IMG/VR virus record: IMGVR_UViG_3300012642_000011
Span: 256,001 to 320,000 of that record
Origin: a virus
Length of the DNA: 64,000 bases
Reading direction: 5' to 3' (one strand)
The position numbers and the translations under genes are program-made. The first letter of the stretch is position 1. Every line of letters begins with the position of its first letter. Below are positions 38,574 to 48,925 of this stretch, piece after piece. The notes under the pieces were generated by a model. The model was not told the origin of the DNA. It ran no database searches and saw nothing but the letters and a program-made list of their open reading frames with translations.

Positions 38574-39416
38574 TCACCACGCGGGAGCACCCACGGGGAG
38601 GTTGGTGATGCCACACGTGCTCACAGCATCCGACAGAGCGGCCCGCTCAGCGTTGGTCACAGCGAGATCGTACTTGGACTTCACAGCGATCTGATGGGCG
38701 GCGATCAGGCAGCTACCGGAAGCGGAAGGAGCCTGCCACTCATCGAAAGAGTCATCGGACTTATCCTGATTCACCTTGGACGCCGTGGGAGCAAGGTTCA
38801 GAGGATCGTTGGCGATCTGGTAGCGCATGTCAGGGGAAGCCCATGCGTGAGCGCCGGAGTCCCACGCGTTGGAGAGAGCAACAATGTGGTCGATCTGAAT
38901 GCTCTTGGACACCTCATCTGCCGTGGTGGCAGAGATAGTCTTTCCCGTGTAGGGGTCAACCATCGTGCCGGAGAGCACACGGCACTTCGCGTTCACCTCA
39001 GCATCCGGCATGGCGGCGATCAGGGTCTCATCACGGGTATCACAGCCGTCCTTGTCGAAATCCATCCACGATCCGAACAGAGCCTCACGCTCGCCAGAGT
39101 AACCAGCGGCCTTGGCACCGTCGTAAGTGTCCAGAGCGTTCAGGGCCTCCATGGCATCCATCCCCGTGTAGGAGGAACCATCGAAGGAGGCATCAGAAGA
39201 GGACTCTCCACCAACCGCCTCAGACAGAGCATCCTTGCCCTTGTCCAGCATGGAGTCGATCTTCGCCTTGCCCTCGTCAAGCAGGGCGTCCGTGGCAGAG
39301 GAAGCAGCCTCAGTGGCCGTGCTCTCCACGGTGCTCTGAATGGTCTGGCAACCAGTGGCCGTCATGGCGGCGAGGGTGAGGGTGATGCCAGCGGTGATCT
39401 TCTTGAGCGTCTTCAT
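38574..39416 (-). CDS. lipoprotein with C-terminal DUF1524/HNH-type nuclease domain
   Basis: Signal peptide plus lipobox-like LAAMTATGC. C-terminal GCDTRDETL...DPYTG...IDHIVALSNAWDSGAHAW...NDPLNLAPTASKVNQDKSD matches the DUF1524 (GmrSD-C-like HNH) pattern. RBS CAGGAGAGACC. Confidence 0.8.
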   Translation of the reverse strand: MKTLKKITAGITLTLAAMTATGCQTIQSTVESTATEAASSATDALLDEGKAKIDSMLDKGKDALSEAVGGESSSDASFDGSSYTGMDAMEALNALDTYDGAKAAGYSGEREALFGSWMDFDKDGCDTRDETLIAAMPDAEVNAKCRVLSGTMVDPYTGKTISATTADEVSKSIQIDHIVALSNAWDSGAHAWASPDMRYQIANDPLNLAPTASKVNQDKSDDSFDEWQAPSASGSCLIAAHQIAVKSKYDLAVTNAERAALSDAVSTCGITNLPVGAPAW

Positions 39417-39632
39417 GGTCTCTCCTGAGTTGGGGAAGTGCTTCTTGTTGACCCCAGTATAGGCACATGGAGGCTTGGATTGCAAATCAACAGGACGCTC
39501 CATACTTCATGATGTCGTGGTGCTCTGCGTTTTCAGGGAGAAAAGAGCGACACCAGACGCGAGGGGACACTGTTTGATCGAAAACGCACAACAGGGGAGG
39601 AACAGGTTTCCCCGTCCCTCCCCTGCCGATCA

Positions 39633-40226
39633 TCAGTTGGACAAATCATCCAGCAGAGAAAGCGTCCTCATGAGTTCACCCACGCTCATTTCCAGACGGA
39701 AACGACGCGCCGTGCCATCAGAGTACGCCACCACACCAGTCACTCCTTCATGGCGGCTATTCTCCACGAAAGTCCCCTCGAACTCGCTCCACGTGTCATC
39801 CTTGACGTTCAGGACAGCCACCGCGCTACCGCGCTTGTTCCTAGTGAAGTCGTAGTCCTTCCAACCGTATTCAGAAACCAGCACATCTTCTGCCGTACCC
39901 TTCTTCGCCAGAACCTCTGCAAGAAGAGCCTTGAAACGGTCAGCGGAATGCAGTTCGTTGTCAGGACGCTCCGCCACCGCATCGACGGACACGTAGTGCT
40001 TCCAGAACTCATGCACAGCACGCTTGCCCATGTGGCCGGGATCGTAGTGCTCTTCCTCATAGAGATCTGCCACTTCCACGGCAGTCAGAGAAGAGTCAGC
40101 GTTCTTCATGACCTCATAGACGTTATCCGCCAAGTCATCGGTGAGGTAACATCCATACCCGTACAACAGGTTTTCTTCTTCCTCACACATGCTCATCAGG
40201 CGATCCTTGAATTCCTGCTTGTCCAT
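39633..40226 (-). CDS. hypothetical protein 197 aa
   Basis: RBS GTAGGAACCATC. Terminator 39588-39630. Confidence 0.7.
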   Translation of the reverse strand: MDKQEFKDRLMSMCEEEENLLYGYGCYLTDDLADNVYEVMKNADSSLTAVEVADLYEEEHYDPGHMGKRAVHEFWKHYVSVDAVAERPDNELHSADRFKALLAEVLAKKGTAEDVLVSEYGWKDYDFTRNKRGSAVAVLNVKDDTWSEFEGTFVENSRHEGVTGVVAYSDGTARRFRLEMSVGELMRTLSLLDDLSN

Positions 40227-40337
40227 GATGGTTCCTACTTTCGTTTAAAAGGGGATCTTGATTTCAGAAGTAATGCTACAGCCTGATGCAGCGTATGTCA
40301 ACTCGTGGTGTCATCTCTAAGGGGACGCTCCATATGA

Positions 40338-40724
40338 TCACAGCACAGCAAACGCTCCCTGTACCTCGACCAGCATCATGGGGGCAAGATCAACCTGTTC
40401 AGTTGCGCGTGCCACGTCCTCATGCATGTGTGCAGGGATGGTGTCATGCTCTCCCATGCGATCAGCCATGAGAGCGTAACCTGCCCGCATGAAGTCCTGT
40501 GCGCCGTTCTGAGAGACGGTCAGCGCAAGCATGTCGATCTGTGCCGGATGATCCTCTACGACGCTCTGAAAGGCGTTGGTGGCCGTCTGGAAGTTGCTCA
40601 CGTCAACGTCATGGAGAACATCTGCGTCCTCGCTCATTGCGTAACCCATCAGGCTCATGAGGGCACCCATGCTCATCTCATCCACGATCTGCTCGGCGTT
40701 CATGGTCTTCTCTGCGAAAGTCAT
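40338..40724 (-). CDS. hypothetical protein 128 aa
   Basis: ORF track. Weak RBS at the first ATG. Alternative start at 40703. Confidence 0.55.
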   Translation of the reverse strand: MTFAEKTMNAEQIVDEMSMGALMSLMGYAMSEDADVLHDVDVSNFQTATNAFQSVVEDHPAQIDMLALTVSQNGAQDFMRAGYALMADRMGEHDTIPAHMHEDVARATEQVDLAPMMLVEVQGAFAVL

Positions 40725-40861
40725 GGTGGAAGGATACCCTAGTGTCTGTCTGTTGTCAACATGTTACGGTCATGGGGACACAGGAATGGTTGTGCTGAAA
40801 GATCAAATCGAGGAGGGAGAGCGTCGATACTCTCCCTCCCCGATTCTTGACTTACACCTTG

Positions 40862-41392
40862 TCAGAAACTGTCTGTGATGCGATCTACGATCTTCTTGCA
40901 GGCAAGATCAAGCTGACGCTGCATGTTCTCGGAAAACGTTCCCACAGACTCGTCCTCATAGTCGTAATCGGGATTCACCAGAGCAATGTACTCATTGATC
41001 TCGTCATCAGTGATTCCGTTCACGATCCACTCACAGACCTCAGGAGAAAAATCCTCATCATTCATTTTCTCAGACGCGAACTTCCTGAAAAGCGAAGGGG
41101 TGATCGACTGAGCGAGGGTAGTCGGCTCACGAATAGCATCAGTCATAGCGTTCAGAGCACCACTGAAGTGAACAGCCATGATGTCGTCCACATACTCAAG
41201 GTACTCGGCGTCATCGCGGTAGGAAGAGAGGAACATGTGTACGCCCACGTTCTCGTCAAATCCCATGCTCTGTGTTGCACGGATGCGCTTCTTGGCGGAG
41301 GTCACCACAGCATGATCACGATCGTCATCGTACTTCTGGCTGTACTCGTCGAGAGCGTCGATCAATCGGTCGTACTTGTTCTTCGTCATCAT
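40862..41392 (-). CDS. hypothetical acidic protein about 176 aa
   Basis: Start at the ATGATG with TGGAGAAC upstream. Confidence 0.65.
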   Translation of the reverse strand: MMTKNKYDRLIDALDEYSQKYDDDRDHAVVTSAKKRIRATQSMGFDENVGVHMFLSSYRDDAEYLEYVDDIMAVHFSGALNAMTDAIREPTTLAQSITPSLFRKFASEKMNDEDFSPEVCEWIVNGITDDEINEYIALVNPDYDYEDESVGTFSENMQRQLDLACKKIVDRITDSF

Positions 41393-41465
41393 GTTCTCCA
41401 TTTCAATTCTGTGCAGTGGGAATCAATCTATTGCCAGAGTAGCCCATATGCGTTCTGATTGCAAG

Positions 41466-41747
41466 TCACTTCTGGATCAGGTGTCCGAAACGATTGTTCG
41501 CTTCAGCCAAAGCACGTTCGATCAGGTCAAGATCGTAGAACTCGCTCGCGTCCTCCCCGTTGACGATGCGATCCACATGAGAACGGAAAGCGGCATAGCC
41601 CTCATCGATGGGAGCACCCTTCATCATGTGGCGATCCACAAGGTCAGCCAAGTACTCAGCAGTGGAATTGGCGATCATGGAAGCATGATCATGTGCCTCC
41701 ACCTGAAGACCATACAGCCACTGGAAGTAATCGTAGGGGCGTGACAT
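41466..41747 (-). CDS. hypothetical protein 93 aa
   Basis: ORF track. Weak RBS. Confidence 0.55.
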   Translation of the reverse strand: MSRPYDYFQWLYGLQVEAHDHASMIANSTAEYLADLVDRHMMKGAPIDEGYAAFRSHVDRIVNGEDASEFYDLDLIERALAEANNRFGHLIQK

Positions 41748-41950
41748 CGTGAGATCCTGTCTGTTGGAAAGATGGTTGCAAAGAAAGTCAGTATCGAAGT
41801 AGTCCTGATGTGATCATAGCAGATGAGCAGCATGGATCACAACACCCTTCTTTCGTAATCTTTCTCTGCCCGAAGGGACACAATTTTATTCCTCATTGCG
41901 ACTATTTTGATATCATAGAATATGACCATTAATACAGAGGGGAATAGAAG

Positions 41951-42139
41951 ATGTCAGGTCTTTCAATGTTGAGCGCTATCATGCATATCATTGCCATTGT
42001 TGTCTTCGTGCTCTCTACCTTCAGTGTGATTCCTATGAACACAGGCAACCTTATTGGGATGTGTTTCTTCCTCGCAGGTGTTACTTTCTTTGTGATGAGT
42101 AGAGAGAAAAAGAACACAGGTCAGGTGTTGTCTGATTGA
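41951..42139 (+). CDS. small membrane protein 62 aa
   Basis: RBS AGAGGGGAATAGAAG. Bidirectional terminator 42150-42187. Confidence 0.65.
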   Translation: MSGLSMLSAIMHIIAIVVFVLSTFSVIPMNTGNLIGMCFFLAGVTFFVMSREKKNTGQVLSD

Positions 42140-42187
42140 CCACGAAAAACAAAGGGCCGCTGATTGATTTCAGCGGCCCTTTGTGCA

Positions 42188-42628
42188 TCACTTCAATCGC
42201 ACTACAGCATCATTGATGGGCATTTCCGTCTTACTGAAGTGAGCGTATTCCTTTACTCCATGGTCCGCGCCATAAACGCCCATCATTTTATACATGCCGG
42301 GACGCTCAAGAATGCTGATTGCCATGATTTCCCACATGAGATCAATCTCTGCATCATGTGCATTGTCTGCCTGCAAGAACAACACGTTCTCGTTACGAGT
42401 GACCATGCTCCACTCGGAATGCTCTGTGTGGGACGCTCCATCAATGTAGACAAGACCAGAAGAGTCCATAGTGACCACAGGGCCAGAAGGAATCATCATG
42501 TCAGAAGGGTCAAGGATGGCTTCACGCTCGCCGTTCTCATACACCACGAACAACTGGTTGTAGTGCAGGTTCTCCAAGTCCTCCACCATAGAAGGTACAT
42601 GCTTCAAACGTTCGTCTACAGCGATCAC
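42188..42628 (-). CDS. hypothetical protein 146 aa (GTG start)
   Basis: RBS GAAAGGAGTGACCA before GTG. Confidence 0.7.
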   Translation of the reverse strand: MIAVDERLKHVPSMVEDLENLHYNQLFVVYENGEREAILDPSDMMIPSGPVVTMDSSGLVYIDGASHTEHSEWSMVTRNENVLFLQADNAHDAEIDLMWEIMAISILERPGMYKMMGVYGADHGVKEYAHFSKTEMPINDAVVRLK

Positions 42629-42804
42629 TGGTCACTCCTTTCTGCATCTGTGCTCATTACTCATCCCATCCTCTCACATGGTGGAGGAAACGTCAAGCAC
42701 GGAACGAAGAATTAAAAGGGGACACAGAAGACTGACGACAAAGAGTACGATCACGTACCCTTTGCCTACGAAAGCATCATGCTACCATGTGCCGATAGGG
42801 ATCA

Positions 42805-43128
42805 TCAGCGGTTGTTGAGATAAGCACCCATCTGGGCCATCGTGGGCAGAGCCTTGCTCATGATCGTATTGCGAACGTGCTCGGGAGCGTCATCGACAGT
42901 CATCCCGAACTGCTTCAGGACACCATCGAGGATCTCATCCTGCAGCGACTGAGATGGCATCTGCATGCACACCTCATTCACGTTCATGCTCATCTCAAGA
43001 GTACGATAAGCAACCTTAGGGTCGCCTCCGAACTGGGGGAGCGACCAGCGCTCAGCCTGATTGCGCATCAGTGCCTCAGACGTGGCAGCAATGATGGCGT
43101 TGAACTCATCCATCGTGACCTTCTTCAT
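42805..43128 (-). CDS. hypothetical protein 107 aa
   Basis: RBS GAAGGAGAGTCATC. Confidence 0.7.
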   Translation of the reverse strand: MKKVTMDEFNAIIAATSEALMRNQAERWSLPQFGGDPKVAYRTLEMSMNVNEVCMQMPSQSLQDEILDGVLKQFGMTVDDAPEHVRNTIMSKALPTMAQMGAYLNNR

Positions 43129-43425
43129 GATGACTCTCCTTCATGGAGTTTATTGGCTGTGGGCTTCTCCCGTTGCCGTTTCATATTGAATGCTACTGGA
43201 CGATCAAGTGTATGTCAACCAGAGTTTTTGTTGAGTACAGGGGACACAATAATTATCACTCCGTGCTTGTTCGACACGCCCGAGCGCGTTGCTTACAAGA
43301 TCCGCTTGATATCAACGGTTTTGGAAGCGACACGCCGATGGTGTTGACATACTTTCCAACGTCTGCAATGATAGTCATATCAAGTCAGCAACCGGCTACT
43401 TGAGAAACTTCTGAAAGGAAGCACC

Positions 43426-43953
43426 ATGACTGAGACCACGAACACCATTGAGTCCACGTTCACCCTGACCAACGCCTGCCAATGCGCGTACTGCACGGAT
43501 TGCGAGCAGGGTATGGTCGTTGAGTACGGTGAGCCGTGCGTGGAGTGTGAGTCCAAGGATCACATGAACTACGACATCGAGTGCTACGGGTCGTGCGTGG
43601 ATAACATGGACTTCCTCAAGGACGACATCAAGGCGTGGCAGCGCATGCATCGCAACAAGTACGTGCTGGCGACGTGCAATGATACGCACCCGTTTCTCGG
43701 TCACCCTCGCACGGGGTACAAGGTCATGAAGATGAACTCCGATTTCTCGGACATGATCGCGCCGCACACTACGGATTGGTCGCAGCATTGGACCGTGGAG
43801 ATCAAGCGTGGCGGGACGCTCAAGTGTGTTCAGTCTCACCACGATCACCCGACCGGACAGTTCATCACGTTCGAGCCGCTGAAGCCCCACGAGCGCAAGA
43901 TGCTGGATGAGCAGGGTTACATCGAGCGCGACGACATGGAAATCTTCCTCTGA
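43426..43953 (+). CDS. Cys-rich (probable zinc-binding) protein 175 aa
   Basis: RBS GAAAGGAAGCACC. N-terminal CQCAYCTDC...CVECE...C..C cluster. Terminator 43963-44012. Confidence 0.75.
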   Translation: MTETTNTIESTFTLTNACQCAYCTDCEQGMVVEYGEPCVECESKDHMNYDIECYGSCVDNMDFLKDDIKAWQRMHRNKYVLATCNDTHPFLGHPRTGYKVMKMNSDFSDMIAPHTTDWSQHWTVEIKRGGTLKCVQSHHDHPTGQFITFEPLKPHERKMLDEQGYIERDDMEIFL

Positions 43954-43962
43954 CAGACAAAG

Positions 43963-44012
43963 AATAGCGTCCGCACAGAATGTGAGTGTTCTGTGCGGAC
44001 GCTATTCTATTG
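43963..44012 (+). terminator. hairpin terminator (AATAGCGTCCGCACAGAA...TTCTGTGCGGACGCTATT)
   Basis: 18-bp stem after 43426..43953. Confidence 0.7.
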
Positions 44013-44019
44013 TTGGTAA

Positions 44020-44028
44020 GGGGACACA
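44020..44028 (+). repeat. GGGGACACA intergenic motif
   Basis: GGGGACACAGAATGTGA. Confidence 0.8.
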
Positions 44029-44164
44029 GAATGTGATATACAGCCACTCATACTTCCGAAGAAATAACCCCTAGACCAACTTGACTTCCCAATTCGCTCA
44101 TGCAATGATGGTGCTAATAGGTCAGGGCAACGGGCGCTGACCACTACTATACAAGGAGAGCATC

Positions 44165-44557
44165 ATGATCACTCTCACCGCTGATAACGACTACCGCTTC
44201 CATGACGGACTCATCACTTCTGACAACGTTCCCGGCCCTGTTGCCGTTGCCCTCCATGATGACACCCGCGTTGACTGCGGAGGCATCTCCTACGCCGGTC
44301 TTGGAGACTGCGTTTCCGATGATCGCCATGCTGACGCTGGTCACATCGGCCCGAACGCTCATCACCTGATCCGTAACCTGAACGCCGTACCGGCTCTTCG
44401 TCCCACTGGCCGTCGCTACTACCTGATCCAGTATCGCTACAATGGGAACCTGTACGTTCTGCGTTGCCATGATCGTGCGCACTGCCGCTACGCGCTCTCC
44501 CACCTCGGTCACCTGTATGACAATGGCGTGCTTGACGACATTCTGATCATTAACTGA
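44165..44557 (+). CDS. hypothetical protein 130 aa
   Basis: RBS ACAAGGAGAGCATC. Terminator 44566-44607. Confidence 0.75.
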   Translation: MITLTADNDYRFHDGLITSDNVPGPVAVALHDDTRVDCGGISYAGLGDCVSDDRHADAGHIGPNAHHLIRNLNAVPALRPTGRRYYLIQYRYNGNLYVLRCHDRAHCRYALSHLGHLYDNGVLDDILIIN

Positions 44558-44630
44558 CTGAATGGAGGGGAAGGGATTTTATTCCCCTCCATTCACTCGT
44601 GTTAACAAGGGGACACAAGATTCGTGTTAA

Positions 44631-45029
44631 TCAGAACAACGTAGGATGCTCGTAGAACTCGTGGACGATCACAGGAACCTTCTTGCTCAATGCAATCTTC
44701 ATGCAGTTGCGAGTACCATAGGAGTCGCCATAAGGGAAGGCAACGCACAAGTCAACGCCGGTATCAACCATCTTGGCATTCCTGATGTAGCCTGCTGACT
44801 TGCCATACTCATCCCACTGTGCAGGATGAGCCTCAACAACCCAACCACGCTCGACAGCCCACTGCGCACCTATCGCATCTGCGCCACGCGCGTTGCCATG
44901 CACGAACACGTTCTCCTTGTCCTCGCCGTGCTGTAACACCCACTTGTCGTAAGCGTCATCAAGCGCTTCATATACCTCTGCAGCATGGTCATCCGTGAGA
45001 TTACGGCTTCCTGTGATCAGCATTCTCAT
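44631..45029 (-). CDS. DUF2493 (SLOG/YpsA-like) family protein
   Basis: MRMLITGSR...VHGNARGADAIGAQWAVERG...AQWDEYGKSAGYIRNAKMV...LCVAFP fits the DUF2493 pattern common in actinophages. RBS AAGGAGGAATCATT. Confidence 0.75.
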   Translation of the reverse strand: MRMLITGSRNLTDDHAAEVYEALDDAYDKWVLQHGEDKENVFVHGNARGADAIGAQWAVERGWVVEAHPAQWDEYGKSAGYIRNAKMVDTGVDLCVAFPYGDSYGTRNCMKIALSKKVPVIVHEFYEHPTLF

Positions 45030-45141
45030 AATGATTCCTCCTTGTTGTTCTCTGAGAATCATTCTATCAAGATAGAGAAACACGAGCAGAAGGGACACAA
45101 GAAGAAGCCCCAACAGGGGAACACCCTGTCAGGACTCGACC

Positions 45142-45537
45142 TCACATGCGGGACTTGATCATCTCAATGATCCCGTGTCGCTCAGCGTGAGCAATAGCGT
45201 CATCCATGGCATCATTCCACTCATGATCCAAACCAAACGAGTCAAGATCGTGGTCACGCTCACTATAGTTGAAATCCCCATGAGCACCGTTGTACTCGCT
45301 CAGAAGGTGGCGTCCTGTACTGTCGTACATGTAGGTGTCATCGTGGGCCGCGTAGTGACGCTCACTCCATCCGAACTCTCCCCAATCCTCCTCATACGAC
45401 TCGCCGTAGACGATGAGAGACAGGTGGGGGTACGTCTTGATCAATGCAGCAGCGTAAAAATCACACTCACCTTGCTGCCACCGCTCCCATTCGTCAATGA
45501 TGTAGCCTTGCTTATTCAAATCAGAAAGAGTTTTCAT
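45142..45537 (-). CDS. hypothetical acidic protein 131 aa
   Basis: ORF trimmed to the ATG with RBS GAAGGCGAC. Confidence 0.65.
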   Translation of the reverse strand: MKTLSDLNKQGYIIDEWERWQQGECDFYAAALIKTYPHLSLIVYGESYEEDWGEFGWSERHYAAHDDTYMYDSTGRHLLSEYNGAHGDFNYSERDHDLDSFGLDHEWNDAMDDAIAHAERHGIIEMIKSRM

Positions 45538-45761
45538 GTCGCCTTCGATTGTTCGGTGATGTGTACTTGGTGAACAGCCTACCATGTGTACTCCTCGCTA
45601 TCAAACAGATTGAAAGGTGATCGTGATGGTGGCAGGAGGTGAGAATGTGCCTAAAGGGGGACGTGACACACTTGCTTGGCAAATAATCTTCTGTTGGTTT
45701 GACACCTGTGGTCTTATCGTGTAAAGTCATCTCTGTCATCACCAAGCAATGAGAAGGAGGA

Positions 45762-46595
45762 ATGATGATGCAGGCTGAGATCTTCAAGACCGTGGAGACC
45801 ACGAAGAAGGTTGCTATCTCTGGCGATTGGCACGGTGATACCACGTGGGCGCTGGATATGATCAGGGCTGTCCATGATCGTGGCATCAAGGTCATCCTCC
45901 ACGTTGGTGACTTCGGGATCTGGCCGGGCAAGTCGGGTGCATCGTATCTGCGCAAGGTGAACAATGCTCTTGCTGATCGTGGTATGATCCTTCTGCTGAC
46001 TGCTGGCAACCATGAGGACTACACTCAGATCGGCAAGGCTGAGCAGGTGGAGGGCATGCCCGATGGGTTCAAGGCGCGTGCTCATGCTCCCCATGTGATC
46101 ATCCTTGATCGTCCGACTCGTTGGATGATGGGGGGACGCTCTTTCATCTCCGTGGGCGGTGCGAACAGCATTGACTTTCAGGGTGGCACCTTAGGCAAGG
46201 ATTACTGGCTGGACGAGCAGATCACGGATGAGCAGGTGGATCTTGCCCGTGAGGGTGGTCACGCTGAAATCATGATCTCTCATGATACTGCTACAGGCGT
46301 CATGGACGGCATCGTGGATTCTGCCTCCGAGTGGACGGAAGAGGGCTTTAAGTACGCTCAGAAGTCCTCTGACCAGTTGAAGCGCATCACGGACGATGTT
46401 CGCCCCGTGGTGAACTTCTTCGGGCACTACCACAGGTTCATTAACCGCACTGTGACGCTGCGCGTTCCGTTCATGGGCGATTACGCTATGCGTGCTGTGT
46501 GCTTGGACATGCAGAGGCGTGCTGGCAACACTGTCATCTTCGACATTGAGGCCATGCGCATTGATGAGGTCTCCATCTGGGGGCTGCGAGTGTGA
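45762..46595 (+). CDS. calcineurin-like metallophosphoesterase (lambda-phosphatase / Pnkp phosphoesterase-like)
   Basis: Motifs GDWHGD, VGDFGIW, GNHE, GHYH. RBS AGAAGGAGGA before ATGATGATG. Terminator 46599-46642. Confidence 0.85.
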   Translation: MMMQAEIFKTVETTKKVAISGDWHGDTTWALDMIRAVHDRGIKVILHVGDFGIWPGKSGASYLRKVNNALADRGMILLLTAGNHEDYTQIGKAEQVEGMPDGFKARAHAPHVIILDRPTRWMMGGRSFISVGGANSIDFQGGTLGKDYWLDEQITDEQVDLAREGGHAEIMISHDTATGVMDGIVDSASEWTEEGFKYAQKSSDQLKRITDDVRPVVNFFGHYHRFINRTVTLRVPFMGDYAMRAVCLDMQRRAGNTVIFDIEAMRIDEVSIWGLRV

Positions 46596-46760
46596 TGCTG
46601 TGGGGTGTGGTTGGTTACTGCTGATCACACCCCACAGTGTTACTTTAATCTTGAAGTTGTTGTTCTGCATTGTGACTGTAGGGACACAGAATACTCTTCC
46701 CCCAGAAAGCAAGAAGGGAGAGAGGGTAATTCCTCTCTCCCGTATGTGTTCTTGCTGTAG

Positions 46761-47006
46761 TCAGGAGACCACAGTGAAGGTAGCGACATGAGGGCCGAAC
46801 GTCTCGGTGACCTCCTTCATGCCCATCACCTCGATCTTGGTGCGCACATCTTCCATGCCGTTAGCAGTCAGCAGGGGCAGCGCCTCAGACATGGGGCCGG
46901 TGCTACGCTCGATCTCGTGGCCGTTGGAGTCACGAACCACAACCAGCAGGGTATCCTCCTTGATGGTGAGTCCGTCCTTGGTGGCCTTGATCTTGGTGTC
47001 CATCAT
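46761..47006 (-). CDS. hypothetical protein 81 aa
   Basis: Conserved promoter (47069-47098) and leader CTCAAGGAGAGAGACC. Confidence 0.7.
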   Translation of the reverse strand: MMDTKIKATKDGLTIKEDTLLVVVRDSNGHEIERSTGPMSEALPLLTANGMEDVRTKIEVMGMKEVTETFGPHVATFTVVS

Positions 47007-47068
47007 GGTCTCTCTCCTTGAGAGTCAGTAGGAATCGCTCTGTGTTGCTCTTCCTGTTGATGACTCAA

Positions 47069-47098
47069 CTCTAACATGCAGGGACGCTCCATGTCAAC
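47069..47098 (-). promoter_or_regulatory. conserved promoter TTGACA-TGGAGCGTCCCTGCATG-TTAGAGT
   Basis: Drives 46761..47006. Leader variant 2. Confidence 0.65.
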
Positions 47099-47171
47099 AC
47101 GGAAGAATAATTTCTTAGTCCATAGGTACGATGAGCATGCTGTTATGTGATGGTACATAGATCATGGATGA

Positions 47172-47180
47172 GGGGACACA
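47172..47180 (+). repeat. GGGGACACA intergenic motif
   Basis: GGGGACACAGTATTGATC. Confidence 0.8.
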
Positions 47181-47242
47181 GTATTGATCGCATAGAAATA
47201 GCGAGAGGGAATGGTGATAATCCATCCCCTCTCGCTATTGAA

Positions 47243-47755
47243 TCAGTTCATGTGGTAGGTGGACTTGTAGCCGTCCTCGTTGTTCTTTCCACCCTCGATC
47301 AGATCCTTGACCTTGACCTGCTCCCAATGAACTTCACCATCAACCCAACCGAACAGGATGTGCTCAGGGTCTCGCTGATCAATGATCACGGAGAGCCCAT
47401 CGGAAGTGTGATAGCCCTCGATCAGAGCCATGTAACCACCGGCCTTCTCTGCCTGAAAAGCCGTGTATCGGGACCGGAGATCGTCCGTCTTTGGCACACC
47501 ACGGGTAACGTAGAGTCCATATCCCATATGATCATTGTCATCACCCGCGTAGTTCTTTGCCTCCATATCCAACGAACTGATGTGGTCGTAGGAGGTAGTG
47601 ACCTTCTTGAAGATACGGGAGAGAGCCTTCTCAGGTGCCTTGTGGTCCTTGAGGGCGAGGGACAGGTTCTGATCGATCATGGTAGACCACTGGACAGACA
47701 CCATGTTCAGAGTGCCCTGCAGATCGATATGTGCGAAAGTAGCGCGCATTCCCAT
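47243..47755 (-). CDS. hypothetical protein 170 aa
   Basis: RBS TAGGAGACAATCAC. Terminator 47197-47240. Confidence 0.75.
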   Translation of the reverse strand: MGMRATFAHIDLQGTLNMVSVQWSTMIDQNLSLALKDHKAPEKALSRIFKKVTTSYDHISSLDMEAKNYAGDDNDHMGYGLYVTRGVPKTDDLRSRYTAFQAEKAGGYMALIEGYHTSDGLSVIIDQRDPEHILFGWVDGEVHWEQVKVKDLIEGGKNNEDGYKSTYHMN

Positions 47756-47958
47756 GTGATTGTCTCCTAATCAAGAGTGATGGTCTTAGGCTGTTCCTTC
47801 GACCTTGTGAGAACAATCTATCATGCAGGGAAGATCCATGTCAACACGTTAGCCAGAAACATCTATAAAGCGTTTCTGCTACTTTGAATCGTTCTCGTTA
47901 CATAGGGGACACAAAATATTCATAAGCAACTTACGGGTTCAGTAAGCGCATCAGAGGA

Positions 47959-48348
47959 TCAGGATTCTACCTCGAAATTGCTCACATAGGCATCAGGGTA
48001 GACGTTCTTGACGGCGTTGTTGGCCCACTGCACCCATTCATCAAGTCCGAGAACAAGAGGGAACGGTGCAGCGGGATCGTACTGGCGAGCAGTGTAGTCC
48101 ACTACGTGAGAGCAGTCGCTGTTGGCATAATGCACAGTGCCGTTGCTGAAATCGACGCGGACCATCGGGACTTCCGTGAACATGTAGAGTTCGCTTGACA
48201 CAGCATGGCAGTTGTTGTAGGCAACATCAGGATCAGAGCATGCATGAATCTGGATGAAGTCATCACTCACATGTGGACTGTGGTTGTACACTTCAACGTC
48301 AACGTACTCATTGAGCACATCAGTGATGCAGTCTGATCCCTTTGCCAT
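47959..48348 (-). CDS. hypothetical protein 129 aa
   Basis: ORF track. RBS TAGGATGAGCAC. Confidence 0.7.
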   Translation of the reverse strand: MAKGSDCITDVLNEYVDVEVYNHSPHVSDDFIQIHACSDPDVAYNNCHAVSSELYMFTEVPMVRVDFSNGTVHYANSDCSHVVDYTARQYDPAAPFPLVLGLDEWVQWANNAVKNVYPDAYVSNFEVES

Positions 48349-48477
48349 GTGCTCATCCTACAGGAAGATGATCTTGATGTCCAGAGTGAGAATCACGGGC
48401 AAGGGGACACGAAGCATGAGGGAACAGGAAGGGAGAGCACAACGCCCTGTGACCTCCCTTGCTCCCCTGCTAGTAGG

Positions 48478-48750
48478 TCACTGATCGTCTTCGGCAACCT
48501 CGATGTTGAAATCTCCACGGATAGCCATGTTCACCAGATCAGTGAAGAGGAAAACGGTGTTGCTCCCAGCAGCACGAACTTCCTCCACAGTCGCGTACTC
48601 ATGCGTCACCAGAGCAACATCTGCCTCGGTGAACTTGTCATCACCGTACTCGGGGTTCTTGGCCTCAACCTGTGCGTTGACGTGCTCCACGATGGGCGCA
48701 AGGTCAACAACGTCACCAGCGACCAGTTCAGCAATCGTCTTGATGGTCAT
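48478..48750 (-). CDS. hypothetical protein 90 aa
   Basis: ORF trimmed to the ATG with RBS TGAGGAGACCATT. Confidence 0.7.
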   Translation of the reverse strand: MTIKTIAELVAGDVVDLAPIVEHVNAQVEAKNPEYGDDKFTEADVALVTHEYATVEEVRAAGSNTVFLFTDLVNMAIRGDFNIEVAEDDQ

Positions 48751-48925
48751 AATGGTCTCCTCAGTATGAGTTCTTGAGTTGAACGGGTTTGTATCTTTCA
48801 GGTTCCAGACTACACTATGGGTGTCCTTTGTGCAAGTAGGTCTGTCTGCGTATAGTGTAGGGGACACAAGATAACTAAACCGCAGAGAGGGAGAGTACAG
48901 CATCTTGTACTCTCCCTCTCTCGTA

